From NCBI GenBank assembly GCA_963833985.1, contig CAWIAD010000001.1:2272001-2336000 (forward strand): DNA of 64,000 nt. Direction: 5' to 3'. The stretch's first letter is position 1. Every line of letters begins with the position of its first letter. The stretch is from an uncultured Planctomycetaceae bacterium (GTDB lineage: Bacteria; Planctomycetota; Planctomycetia; Isosphaerales; Isosphaeraceae). The notes below the pieces were generated by a model that saw only the letters and a program-made list of their open reading frames with translations, made no database searches and was not told the origin of the DNA. Below are positions 44,961 through 53,838 of this stretch, piece after piece. A program made the position numbers and the translations under genes.

Positions 44961-46976
44961 ATGAATGCACAGCGGCTGGGAACCTCGCACCTGGTCCGGC
45001 TCTTTGACGGCGGCAGCCTGTCCGGACTCTCGGAGTGGCAACTCCTCGAGCGGTATGTCGTGCATCGCGATGAGCTGGCCTTTCAGTTGATCGTGACGCG
45101 GCACGGACCGATGGTCCTGGGGATCTGCCGGCGGATGCTCGAGAACCCGGCCGACGTCGACGATGCCTTCCAGGCCACGTTCCTGGTACTGCTTCAGCGC
45201 GCCGGGTCGCTCGGTCCGAACGACACGATCGCCGGCTGGCTGCATGGCGTGGCAGTTCGAGTGGCCCGCCAGGCGCGGCATACGGCGCGGCGGCGCAGCC
45301 GGCGCGAACTGGGCGGAATCGCCATCGAGCCCGTCTCGCCCGAGCCGCCGGCTGACGACCCGGATTTGCGGCGGATCCTCGATGAGGAGATCCACAGGCT
45401 GCCGTCCAAGTACCGGGTGCCCATCATCCTCTGCTACCTGGAAGGCCAGACTCATCAGGAGGCGTCGCGGCAGCTCCAGTGGCCGCTGGGAACCGTCAAG
45501 GGGCGCCTGGCCCGGGCGCGCTCGCTCCTGGAATCTCGACTGGCACGCCGTGGCGTCGCAGGCGGGGCAACGCTGGCGGCCCTGGCCGCGGATTCCCTTG
45601 CGGAAGCCGCGGTTCCCCCGGCTCTCGTCGCCGCCACCTGCGCCGCGGCCGCCCGGATCAGCTCGGGTGCCTTGCTCACTCACGTCGTCTCCGCATCGGT
45701 CGCCCATCTCTCTCAAGGAGCCATCACCACCATGTTCATACACAAGCTCAAGCTCATCGCAGGTGCCTGCGTGGTCTCCGGCCTGTTCCTCACCAGCGCC
45801 GGGGTGCTCGCCCGCCAGGCGACGGGACCCCAGGCCGTCGACCTGCCTCGCGAGGCCGCGGACCGACCCGACCCGGGAGGAGAACCGGAACACAAGCCTG
45901 GTGCCGCGTCGGCCCCGCTCGCGCAGCCGACGGAGAAGCCGGCGTTCGCCGCTGGCCCCACCGTGCAGCCGAGGATGGACGTCCAGACAAGTGCCGAGGC
46001 GCTCTATCGCCAGCTCATCGAAGGAGCCAGACGAGCTTTCAACGCCAGCCAGGAAGACTACAACAAGGGGCACAGCCCCCTCCAGCGGGTGTATCAGGCC
46101 TCGAAGCTGCTCATGGAGAGCGAGCGCGACGTGGCCACGCAGCAGGCCGAGAAGCTCAGGGCACTGGAGAACCACCTCGATCGCATTCAGAAGCTGGCGC
46201 GGTACCATGCCGACGAGGGCAACGCCGACGATGCCAACGGCGCCGAGGCGAAAGCGTACCTTGCCGAAGCCCAGCTTTTGCTGGCCCAGGCAAAGACGCC
46301 GAAGGCTGCCTCCCCCGCGTCGTCCGGCCCCGCGCCCCGAGGCACAGCGCAAGGGCCCGGGGAAGACCCCAGGTCACGGGCGATCCTGGCTCGGCTCGAG
46401 CAGCCCATCGCGATGTCCTTCGCCAATGAGACCCCGCTCGAAGACGTGATCAAGTACCTCAAGCAGGCCACGACAGGCCCCAATGAGTCGGGCATCCCCA
46501 TCTACGTCGACCCGCTCGGTCTCCAGGAAGCCGAGAAAACGCTCACATCACCGGTGTCGATTGACCTCGAGGGAATTCCGCTGCGGCGCACGCTCCAGCT
46601 CGTGCTCCGGCCGCTCGGCCTGGGGTACTTCGTGCAGGACGGCATCCTGGTCATCACGTCCATCGATGGCGAAGACAACGGCTTGCAGCCCGAGCAGATT
46701 GGCCCGTCCCCCTTCGAGAAGAAGCAGCAAAAGCTGGAACGCGGTGAGCTGACCATGCAGGAAATGAGGGACTTCGCCACAGAGCTGAAGCTTCAGTCCG
46801 AGATCATGAAGCAGATCGGCGTGCTGCACGAATTGCAGCGGAGGGACGAGCGCGGCGTGGGGGACACACCCGGAGTGAAACCAGACCGGGTCACCGCACT
46901 GCTCTCGGAGTTCAAGAACCTGTTGCAAGAGATGAGGTCCGACCGGCAGAAGTCCAGGTCGAGCGAGGCGAAGTGA
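44961..46976 (+). CDS. ECF sigma-70 factor with TM helix and long C-terminal extracytoplasmic extension
   Basis: QLLERY...RDE.AF..IV.RHGPMVLGICRR, DDAFQATFLVL, LP.KYR.PIILCYLEG.TH.EA..L.WP.GTVKGRL.RAR; TM segment ending LARQ. Confidence 0.93.
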   Translation: MNAQRLGTSHLVRLFDGGSLSGLSEWQLLERYVVHRDELAFQLIVTRHGPMVLGICRRMLENPADVDDAFQATFLVLLQRAGSLGPNDTIAGWLHGVAVRVARQARHTARRRSRRELGGIAIEPVSPEPPADDPDLRRILDEEIHRLPSKYRVPIILCYLEGQTHQEASRQLQWPLGTVKGRLARARSLLESRLARRGVAGGATLAALAADSLAEAAVPPALVAATCAAAARISSGALLTHVVSASVAHLSQGAITTMFIHKLKLIAGACVVSGLFLTSAGVLARQATGPQAVDLPREAADRPDPGGEPEHKPGAASAPLAQPTEKPAFAAGPTVQPRMDVQTSAEALYRQLIEGARRAFNASQEDYNKGHSPLQRVYQASKLLMESERDVATQQAEKLRALENHLDRIQKLARYHADEGNADDANGAEAKAYLAEAQLLLAQAKTPKAASPASSGPAPRGTAQGPGEDPRSRAILARLEQPIAMSFANETPLEDVIKYLKQATTGPNESGIPIYVDPLGLQEAEKTLTSPVSIDLEGIPLRRTLQLVLRPLGLGYFVQDGILVITSIDGEDNGLQPEQIGPSPFEKKQQKLERGELTMQEMRDFATELKLQSEIMKQIGVLHELQRRDERGVGDTPGVKPDRVTALLSEFKNLLQEMRSDRQKSRSSEAK

Positions 46977-46997
46977 AACGAGCGGGCGATCCCCCGT

Positions 46998-47276
46998 TCA
47001 GGCTCGAGCCGGTCCACTCCGACGGTCGCGTTTCCGTACTGCGAGCAGGGCATCAAGCTGATCCTCGGTCATTCCCCAGAGCCTCCGCCGGGGGCCTCCC
47101 TTGCGCGATGGAGGCGCGTAACCCAGGGTGGTGGTCTCCAGGGAGTGAGTGCGGATCAGCTCGCCCAGAGACTTCAGGGCCATGCCGCCCAGCCGCTCGG
47201 CGATCTCCTCGGGTGTGAAAATGCGGCCGGAAACGCCCGCGGATCCTTCATCGATCGCGTCTTGCAAGAATACCAT
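46998..47276 (-). CDS. Small helix-turn-helix DNA-binding protein (MerR/Xis-like)
   Basis: FTPEEIAERLG...LGELIR, followed by a basic wing RKGGPRRRLW. Confidence 0.5.
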   Translation of the reverse strand: MVFLQDAIDEGSAGVSGRIFTPEEIAERLGGMALKSLGELIRTHSLETTTLGYAPPSRKGGPRRRLWGMTEDQLDALLAVRKRDRRSGPARA

Positions 47277-47426
47277 CCCTCAACCAGGGGCCTTCCTCCC
47301 AGCCTGCCGGCCCCAGGGCCTCTCCCAACGGCCCGCCGCCCGAATAGCGTGCGCCCGCGCGTTCCGCTGGGTCTCACGACGCAAGCTCACGAGAGAAGAA
47401 AGCGACAAACCGGGCAGCCTGGCCCT

Positions 47427-48449
47427 TCATTTCGCGTAGCTTGCTGCCTTGCTGGGCGCCACGCGGACCGCGTATGGGTCCAGCGGTACGGCCTGGTTCC
47501 TGTCCAGGTACCAGAACGCCACGCTGGTGTAGTCGTCATTGCTGGGAATCTGCCCACGGTCGAAGCGCTGGTTCTGGACCTCGACCCGTAGCGACTCGCG
47601 GAACCGGATGGGGTTCACGACGTACCAGCGGTACATCCTGTTGCGGCCGTCGGCGTTCTCGATGTGGCCGCAAAAGGGCGACGCGAACGTGCCGCTGCCG
47701 AACTCCCAGGCCGAGCCGTACTCATCCTCGGTTCCTGGCGTGTGCGTGAAGGTCTTGCCGTCACGGTGGACGATGGTGTCGCCTTCTCCCCACCAGCCCT
47801 GGTACCTGCTCTGAACTTGCAGGAAGTTCCCCACGTAGTGCCCGGTGCCTCGGGTCTGGAGCAAGACATGCATGCCCCCGGTCGGGTTTGTGCGTTTCCA
47901 GCCAGCGTGCAGGCGGCTGGGTTCGCCGGTGTACCGGGAGTCCGCCTCCCGGTCCACCGCGTAAGCGACGCTCTGGCGGTAGTCGTGGTCGCTGTCATTG
48001 CCCAGCACGAAGCGGGCGGACCGGCTGAATGGCATCGGTAAGTAGCACATGTAGCAGAGGTGATTGATCTGCATCACCGCCGAGTGATAATCGATGGTCC
48101 GGCCGCCGATCGCTCCGAAGAAGTCGGCCAGGGGAACGTGAATGCTCGGCTCGGAAGCGCCGTCCCAGAACACCTTGAGCACCAGCGCGGGGTCGAGCTT
48201 ACCGCCGCTATTATCGGTGAAGTAGAAGTAGGTCACCTTGCCGGCACCCTGGAGATTGGCAATCTCTTCCTCGGCCCCCGCCTTCAGCGTGAACGGCCGA
48301 TACTGGAGCGTCGTCTCGCTGACCCCTCCGGTGATGCGGTGAAGGCCCGCCACGCCTTGCCCGTGCGCTGTACTGCCGTAAGAACCCAGGAATGCCAGCG
48401 TCAGGCAGAGGATACTTGCCGTTGCACGCCCTTTGAGAGCAAGTCGCAT
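47427..48449 (-). CDS. DUF2961 / glycoside hydrolase family 172-like secreted protein
   Basis: Signal peptide; WDG...PS..VPL.DFFG, YLPMPF, G.GHYVG, WWGEGD, GTED, YRW....PIRF..SL, SVAFWY. Confidence 0.88.
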   Translation of the reverse strand: MRLALKGRATASILCLTLAFLGSYGSTAHGQGVAGLHRITGGVSETTLQYRPFTLKAGAEEEIANLQGAGKVTYFYFTDNSGGKLDPALVLKVFWDGASEPSIHVPLADFFGAIGGRTIDYHSAVMQINHLCYMCYLPMPFSRSARFVLGNDSDHDYRQSVAYAVDREADSRYTGEPSRLHAGWKRTNPTGGMHVLLQTRGTGHYVGNFLQVQSRYQGWWGEGDTIVHRDGKTFTHTPGTEDEYGSAWEFGSGTFASPFCGHIENADGRNRMYRWYVVNPIRFRESLRVEVQNQRFDRGQIPSNDDYTSVAFWYLDRNQAVPLDPYAVRVAPSKAASYAK

Positions 48450-49202
48450 GGTCTTCCCCCCTTTGGTCACGACCCGTCCGAACGCCCCATGAACAACCAG
48501 GACCGGTACTGGCCGTTCATCGTAACCCTCGATTTCGCGGCCTGACATCCAGCCGTCCCCGCGCACCACGAATGCACCTGAGGAACGACGCAACGGGCTT
48601 CCGTACATCCTCGGAGTCCACGTCCGCTTCGGTGCGTGCCGCGGTGGTGTCGAAATGGTCAGCGGGCGGCCTTGAAGATTCTCTGGGAGGGAAGTTGTTC
48701 CATTCGTCCCCACCGCGGTGGGAGTCGCCGCCACGGTGGCCCGGACCTTTCCGGCCGGTGCGGGTTGTATCAGTCCCTGCCCCCGGAAATGGGTTCGTTC
48801 GCGCCGTGCTGCCATCGAAGCCATCGGACGTAACCCCTTTGGAGAATTGCACTTCAACACGGTTTTTCGCGTTTTCGCTTGGGTTCGTTCATCGTTTTTC
48901 TGCATGCCGATCTCTCGCCAGACCCTGTCAAGCCGGCCTGAAAGAAGGCCGACCGTCGACCGCCGCGCGCCGCCGGACTTCCCCCCTGGCGGCGCACCGG
49001 TCCGTACAAACAACCGAAATGCCAAGGAGCCGGCGCGGTACGCCGTCACTATTGAGTCTACGGTGCAATCGCCGGGGATCTTGCGAACCAGCACGCGGTT
49101 TCTCTCCCTGTGCCGGCACGGTCGGGTCCTTTCAGCTCAGGTGACGCATGCGTCGGCTCGAATCGCTTGCGGCAGGGGGGTTGGATTGCAAGGCGTTCAC
49201 GA

Positions 49203-49370
49203 TGGGAATCATGGCCCCCGAACGAAGGTCCGCGCTTGCTGAGTTCAGGGCTGACGTCACGTTCATCACCCCGCAGCCTTCCAGGGCCGTCACGGACTTC
49301 GCGCGGATCGCCGCCAACCTGAACCAGCGCCGGCCCGAAATCCCCCTGCTGCTGCCGGAAAGCCGCGGAA
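49203..49370 (+). pseudogene. Probable glycosyltransferase (GT4-like) internal fragment
   Basis: VTFITPQP...FARIA..L..RRPEIPLLL.ESRG resembles a GT-B C-domain segment, from memory only; no flanking coding context. Confidence 0.35.
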
Positions 49371-49382
49371 CGCCCGACACCT

Positions 49383-49637
49383 GTAGGGTGTGCCCAGCGC
49401 AGCGACCACGCACCGATTCGCGGCCCCGGGATCCTCACTGGTCGGGCTCACGCCCGAGGTTGGGGGCTGCGCCCGTGAAAACCACGCGCTCACGCACGTG
49501 GCCATCCGGCCCGGACTCCGTGGCGCTGGCGCACGTGGCCTTCTGCCGCAGAGTCCGTGGCGCTCGCGCACGGTGGCGTTCGTCGCGGGTTCCAGATGTG
49601 TCGGGTGTGTCCAGCGCAGCGACGACGCACCGATCCG
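49383..49637. repeat. Degenerate REP/BIME-like cluster
   Basis: Two copies of GGGTGTG(C/T)CCAGCGCAGCGAC(C/G)ACGCACCGAT (~49386 with GTAG, ~49603) enclose three GCGCT..CGCACG(G)TGGC units (49486-49579). Confidence 0.6.
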
Positions 49638-50128
49638 AATGACGGCGCCGGGGATGGACTACCAAGCTCTACTGGCTCGGCGATGATCAGAAAAAGAGCA
49701 CCGTGCCACAGGATTCACTTGACCGACGCCGGCGCCGGATTTACCTTCATCGATTGTCCCGATGACGCATCTCCTGATCTGGTCTCTGCGACTCATCCGC
49801 TCGCGGCTCTGCCTTCAATGATCACGATGACCGACAACGCCGGCAACGAGCCGACCTCCGGTGGCGGCCACACGTTCACGGGTCACTACGAGGGCAACAC
49901 GATCGGCGAGCTCCAACTCTCGACGGCCGACGTGCGGACGCTCGGTTCCGACGACCGTAACCGCAACCGCAGGGCAGTGAGTTACCCCCTGGACATTGCA
50001 GGCAGAGAAATACCTATGACCGCTGGCTCGTTGGCCGTCCGGTGCCGCTGGTTCCTTTTGGCCGAGTCGCTCGAGGAGATAATCGAACGGGTGCAAAGAC
50101 ACCTCCGACTCCTGTTCACCCAGGATGC

Positions 50129-50959
50129 TCAAGGACGGCTCGACCGAGAGCGGCCCAAACGATACGTCTCGGCGAAGTCAGCACTAGCCTTGGTGTACTC
50201 CCCCTTGGCCCGCCAGGCAACTCCACGCCCGGAGTATGCGTAAGCGGACTTGGGATCGAGTTTGATCGTCTCGCTAAAGTCGGCAATCGCCTTGTCGTAT
50301 TCCTTCTTCCGGCTCCAGGTGAGGCCGCGGTTGTAGTAGGTGGCTGCGTTACGGGGGGCGAGTCTGATAGCCTCATCAAAATCGGCGATCGCCTTTTCGT
50401 AGTCCTTCTTGTTCGACCAGAAAATGCCGCGATTGTCGTAGGCAGAGGCGTTCTTAAGATCGAGTCTGATGGCTTGGTTGAAGTCGGTGATTGCCCTCTC
50501 CTCGTTCTTTTTGTCATCCCAGGCCATGCCGCGACCATTGTATGCGTAGGAGGACTCTGGATCGAGTATGATAGCCTCGTCAAAGTCGGCGATCGCCTTA
50601 TCGTATTCTTTCTTGACACGCCAGGCGTTGCCTCGGCGACTGTATGCTCCGTAGTACTCAGGATCGAGCCAGATTGCCACGTTGTAGTCCTCGATTGCCC
50701 TGTCGTACTCCGTCTTGTTAAACCATGAGTTGCCTCGGCCCATGTACGCTTTGGCTAAATCAGGGACGAGCCTGATGGCCTCTGAGAAATAGCCGATGGC
50801 CTCGTCATACTGATGCTGTTCATGTCTCTCGACACCCCGTCTGTAGTAGGAGAGAGCATCCCCGCCCTCAGACTGTCCGGGGGCCTTTGACGGGGAAGCA
50901 AGCATAATCGTGGCGACCAACAGCCAAAGCAACATGAACCGCAAGTGGGATTGTTGCAT
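50129..50959 (-). CDS. Secreted tetratricopeptide repeat protein
   Basis: Signal peptide; about 7 repeats of AY..RG..W..K.EYDKAIADF.EAIRL.P. Confidence 0.92.
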   Translation of the reverse strand: MQQSHLRFMLLWLLVATIMLASPSKAPGQSEGGDALSYYRRGVERHEQHQYDEAIGYFSEAIRLVPDLAKAYMGRGNSWFNKTEYDRAIEDYNVAIWLDPEYYGAYSRRGNAWRVKKEYDKAIADFDEAIILDPESSYAYNGRGMAWDDKKNEERAITDFNQAIRLDLKNASAYDNRGIFWSNKKDYEKAIADFDEAIRLAPRNAATYYNRGLTWSRKKEYDKAIADFSETIKLDPKSAYAYSGRGVAWRAKGEYTKASADFAETYRLGRSRSSRP

Positions 50960-51323
50960 GGGGGTGCCTCCTCCGATGTCGCAAGTGGTGATTCTGATAT
51001 CGATAATAACCCATGCGAGGTAGTCACGCTATACGTGGCTACCATGTTCGCCAGAAAAAGATCATGTAGCCCGACACGCACTTCCACCGCATGTGGAAAT
51101 GCAATACCGAGGAGATGAGTCACTATGAATGAGCCGCCTTCAAGCCCCGTAGAGCGGTTGCTCAAGAGCTGCAAGGGGAACGTCGCTATTCCCCGAAGCA
51201 AATGGGTCGAGTGGATGGAATTGCCTTTACCCCGGCCTTACCGGGCATCCGCCGTGAGTAGCGATGTCCACCGGTTTGCGCGATGTCCACTGGTTTGCGA
51301 GTTTGGGGAGCCCGGAATTGCGG

Positions 51324-51352
51324 TTGACAGGCGGGCCGGTCTGGCCGATACT
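51324..51352 (+). promoter_or_regulatory. Sigma70-type promoter for the polysaccharide operon
   Basis: TTGACA-N17-GATACT. Confidence 0.55.
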
Positions 51353-51648
51353 CTGCCCCCGAAAGGCCGGGGCAGGCCAGAGGATTGAACCGCTCGTCAC
51401 CGCGACCGCGTTCTGCCCGGACACGATGACGGCCATTTCCTCCGCGCTGGCTCTTCAGGAAGGTCTGCCGTTCGACTCAATGCATCGCTCAGCAACGTGA
51501 AGCTGTGCCCGCAAGGACGGGGGCCTGGGCGTGCTCTCCCGCCCGTCACCTCGCAGGCACCAGGGACTGGTTCTTCTCGATCTGAATTACCTCCGTCCGC
51601 GACGCTCCAGGCGCGTCTCGTGTCGAACCACCAAGGATGGGTCCTGCC

Positions 51649-52578
51649 ATGCGAATCCTCGTCACCGGCGGAGCCGGCTACGTTGGCTCCACGCTCGTCC
51701 CCATGCTCCTGGAACAGGGGCATCGCGTCCGGGTTCTCGATATCCTGAAGTTCGGCGGCAGCGGTCTCTTGCCGTGCTGCCAGAACCGCTTCTTCGAGCT
51801 GCACCGAGGCGACGTCTGCGACCCGGCGGCCGCGAAGAAGGCCGTGGATGGCGTCGACGCGATCATTCACCTGGCGGCGATCGTGGGTTACCCGGCCTGC
51901 AAGAAGGAACCCCAGCTCGCCCAGGCCGTGAATGTGGACGGCACCCGCAACCTGCTGGCACACCGCCAGCCGGACGCCCGCTTCCTCTACGCCTCCACCG
52001 GCAGCATCTATGGATCCATTCCCGACTACATCTGCAACGAAGACACGCCGCGCACTCCCATTACCCTCTACGGTGAGACCAAGGGGGCGGCCGAGGAGAT
52101 GGTGCTGAGCGCAGGTAACAGCGTGGCCTACCGCTTCGCCACGGCCTTCGGCGTGAGCAACCGCATGCGGCTCGACCTCATGCCCAATGACTTCACCTAC
52201 CAGGCCGTCAAGAACCGCAACCTGATCGTCTACGAGGGGGGCTTCAAGCGGACCTTCGTGCACGTCCGCGATATGGCCCGCTCGTTCATCTTCGCGCTGG
52301 AGCGGTGGAGCGAGGTCAGGGACGATGTCTACAACGTCGGCCACGAGACCATGAACTTCACCAAGGAGGACGTGGCCCGCAAGATCCTCGAGCACGTCAA
52401 CTTCTACCTCCACTTCGCCGAGGTCGGCAACGACGCAGACCAGCGCAACTACGAGGTCTCCTACGAGAAGATCCGCAAGAGGGGCTTCGAGACCACCATT
52501 GATCTCGACCGCGGCATTTCCGAGCTGGTCCGCGCCGCACAGCTCATCGACTTCCAGAACCCATTTGCCAATGTGTGA
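51649..52578 (+). CDS. NAD-dependent epimerase/dehydratase (extended SDR)
   Basis: ILVTGGAGYVG, HLAAIVG, ASTGSIYG, YGETK, R.FVHVRD. Confidence 0.92.
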   Translation: MRILVTGGAGYVGSTLVPMLLEQGHRVRVLDILKFGGSGLLPCCQNRFFELHRGDVCDPAAAKKAVDGVDAIIHLAAIVGYPACKKEPQLAQAVNVDGTRNLLAHRQPDARFLYASTGSIYGSIPDYICNEDTPRTPITLYGETKGAAEEMVLSAGNSVAYRFATAFGVSNRMRLDLMPNDFTYQAVKNRNLIVYEGGFKRTFVHVRDMARSFIFALERWSEVRDDVYNVGHETMNFTKEDVARKILEHVNFYLHFAEVGNDADQRNYEVSYEKIRKRGFETTIDLDRGISELVRAAQLIDFQNPFANV

Positions 52579-52586
52579 GCTTGGAA

Positions 52587-52796
52587 AGTGGGCAGTGGGC
52601 AATTTGTAGGGTGGGTCGAGCCGCAGGCGAGGCCCACCAGGGCGGCAGGCGGCAGTGGGCAGTAGGCTGTAGGCAATTTGTAGGGTGGGTCGAGCCGCAG
52701 GCGAGGCCCACCAGGGCGGCAGTAGGCAGTAGACAATTTGTAGGGTGGGTCGAGCCGCAGGCGAGGCCCACCAGGGCGGCAGTGGGCAGTGGGCAG
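52587..52796 (+). repeat. Three direct GTAG-REP-like units interleaved with GGCAGTR heptamer repeats
   Basis: Identical 49-bp CAATTTGTAGGGTGGGTCGAGCCGCAGGCGAGGCCCACCAGGGCGGCAG at 52600, 52674 and 52734; stem GGTGGGTC/GGCCCACC. Confidence 0.9.
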
Positions 52797-52874
52797 TCCA
52801 GTTTCAGGCCCCAGCCAAATAACGTCCACGGCCTACAGGGCACTGCCGGCTGCCGACTCCAATGGAGATCCAAC

Positions 52875-53838
52875 ATGAAAAGCTTCTGGACGAACAAGCG
52901 CGTGACGGTCACCGGCGGCGCCGGGTTTCTCGGGCAGCACCTGGTTAAACGGCTGGAGAGCTATGGTGCGAAGGTCTTCGTGCCGCGCCAGCGCGACTAC
53001 AGCCTGGTGGCGCTGGATTCCTGCCTGCGCTGCTTGCTCGAGCATCCCGCGGACATCGTCTTCCACACGGCGGCCTATTACGGCGGCATCGGCATCAACC
53101 AGACGGAGCCGGCCCGGCTCTATTACTCGAACCTGGTGATGGGCGCGAACGTCATGGAGGCGGCCCGGCTGGCGAAGGTCGGCAAGGTCGTCAACATTGG
53201 CACCGCGTGCAGCTACCCGGGCTATCTCGAGGGCGACCTGAAGGAGGAAGACCTCTGGAATGGTCCCTGCCACGCCAGCGTGGTGAACTACGGCCTGACC
53301 AAGAAGATGCTCGCGGTGCAGGCCCAGGCTTACAAGAAGCAGTACGGGCTGGATGCCATTCATCTCATCTTGACGAACCTCTACGGACCGGGCGACTCGT
53401 ACAATCCCGACCGCTCGCACGTCGTCGCCGCGCTGGTGCGGAAGTGGGTGGAGGCCGAAATGGCCGCGGCGCCCAGCATCGAGGTCTGGGGCACCGGCAA
53501 GCCCATCCGCGAGTTCATCTACGTGGAAGACTGTGCCGACGCGATCGTGCTGGCGGCGGAGAAATACAATGATGTTTCGATGCCGCTGAATATCGGCACG
53601 GGTATTGGCACCTCCATCCGCGAGCTGGTGGAAACGATCAACGAGGTGACCGCGTTCCAGGGGAAGATTGCCTGGAACGCCGACAAGCCCGATGGAGGCG
53701 CTCAAGAAGGTGCTCGACGTGACCCGTATGAAGCGGGCCCTGGACGGCTGGTCGCCGCCCACGACGCTGCACGACGGGCTGGCCCGGACGATTGCCTGGT
53801 ACCGGGCCAACAAGGCCCAGGCGGACGCGAAATGGTGA
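52875..53838 (+). CDS. fcl: GDP-L-fucose synthase-like epimerase/reductase (frameshift ~53697)
   Basis: VTGGAGFLG, GGIG.N...P, GTACSYP, YGLTKK, NLYGPGD, SHV..AL, VWGTGKP.REFIYVED. KPDG-ALKKVLDV is restored after removing one base. Confidence 0.85.

Noticed and set aside
48450..49094. 215-aa N-terminal extension of the DUF2961 protein
   Set aside because: An RBS and signal peptide sit at 48449; the extension is non-coding-like open frame in GC-rich DNA.
49980..50120. Possible nuclease (T5orf172-like) fragment RCRWFLLAESLEEIIERV
   Set aside because: Similarity too short and weak to support.
52600..52782. CRISPR-like array of three identical repeats
   Set aside because: Spacers are 25 and 11 bp of heptamer repeats rather than unique sequence, the unit has GTAG-REP structure, and no cas genes are present.
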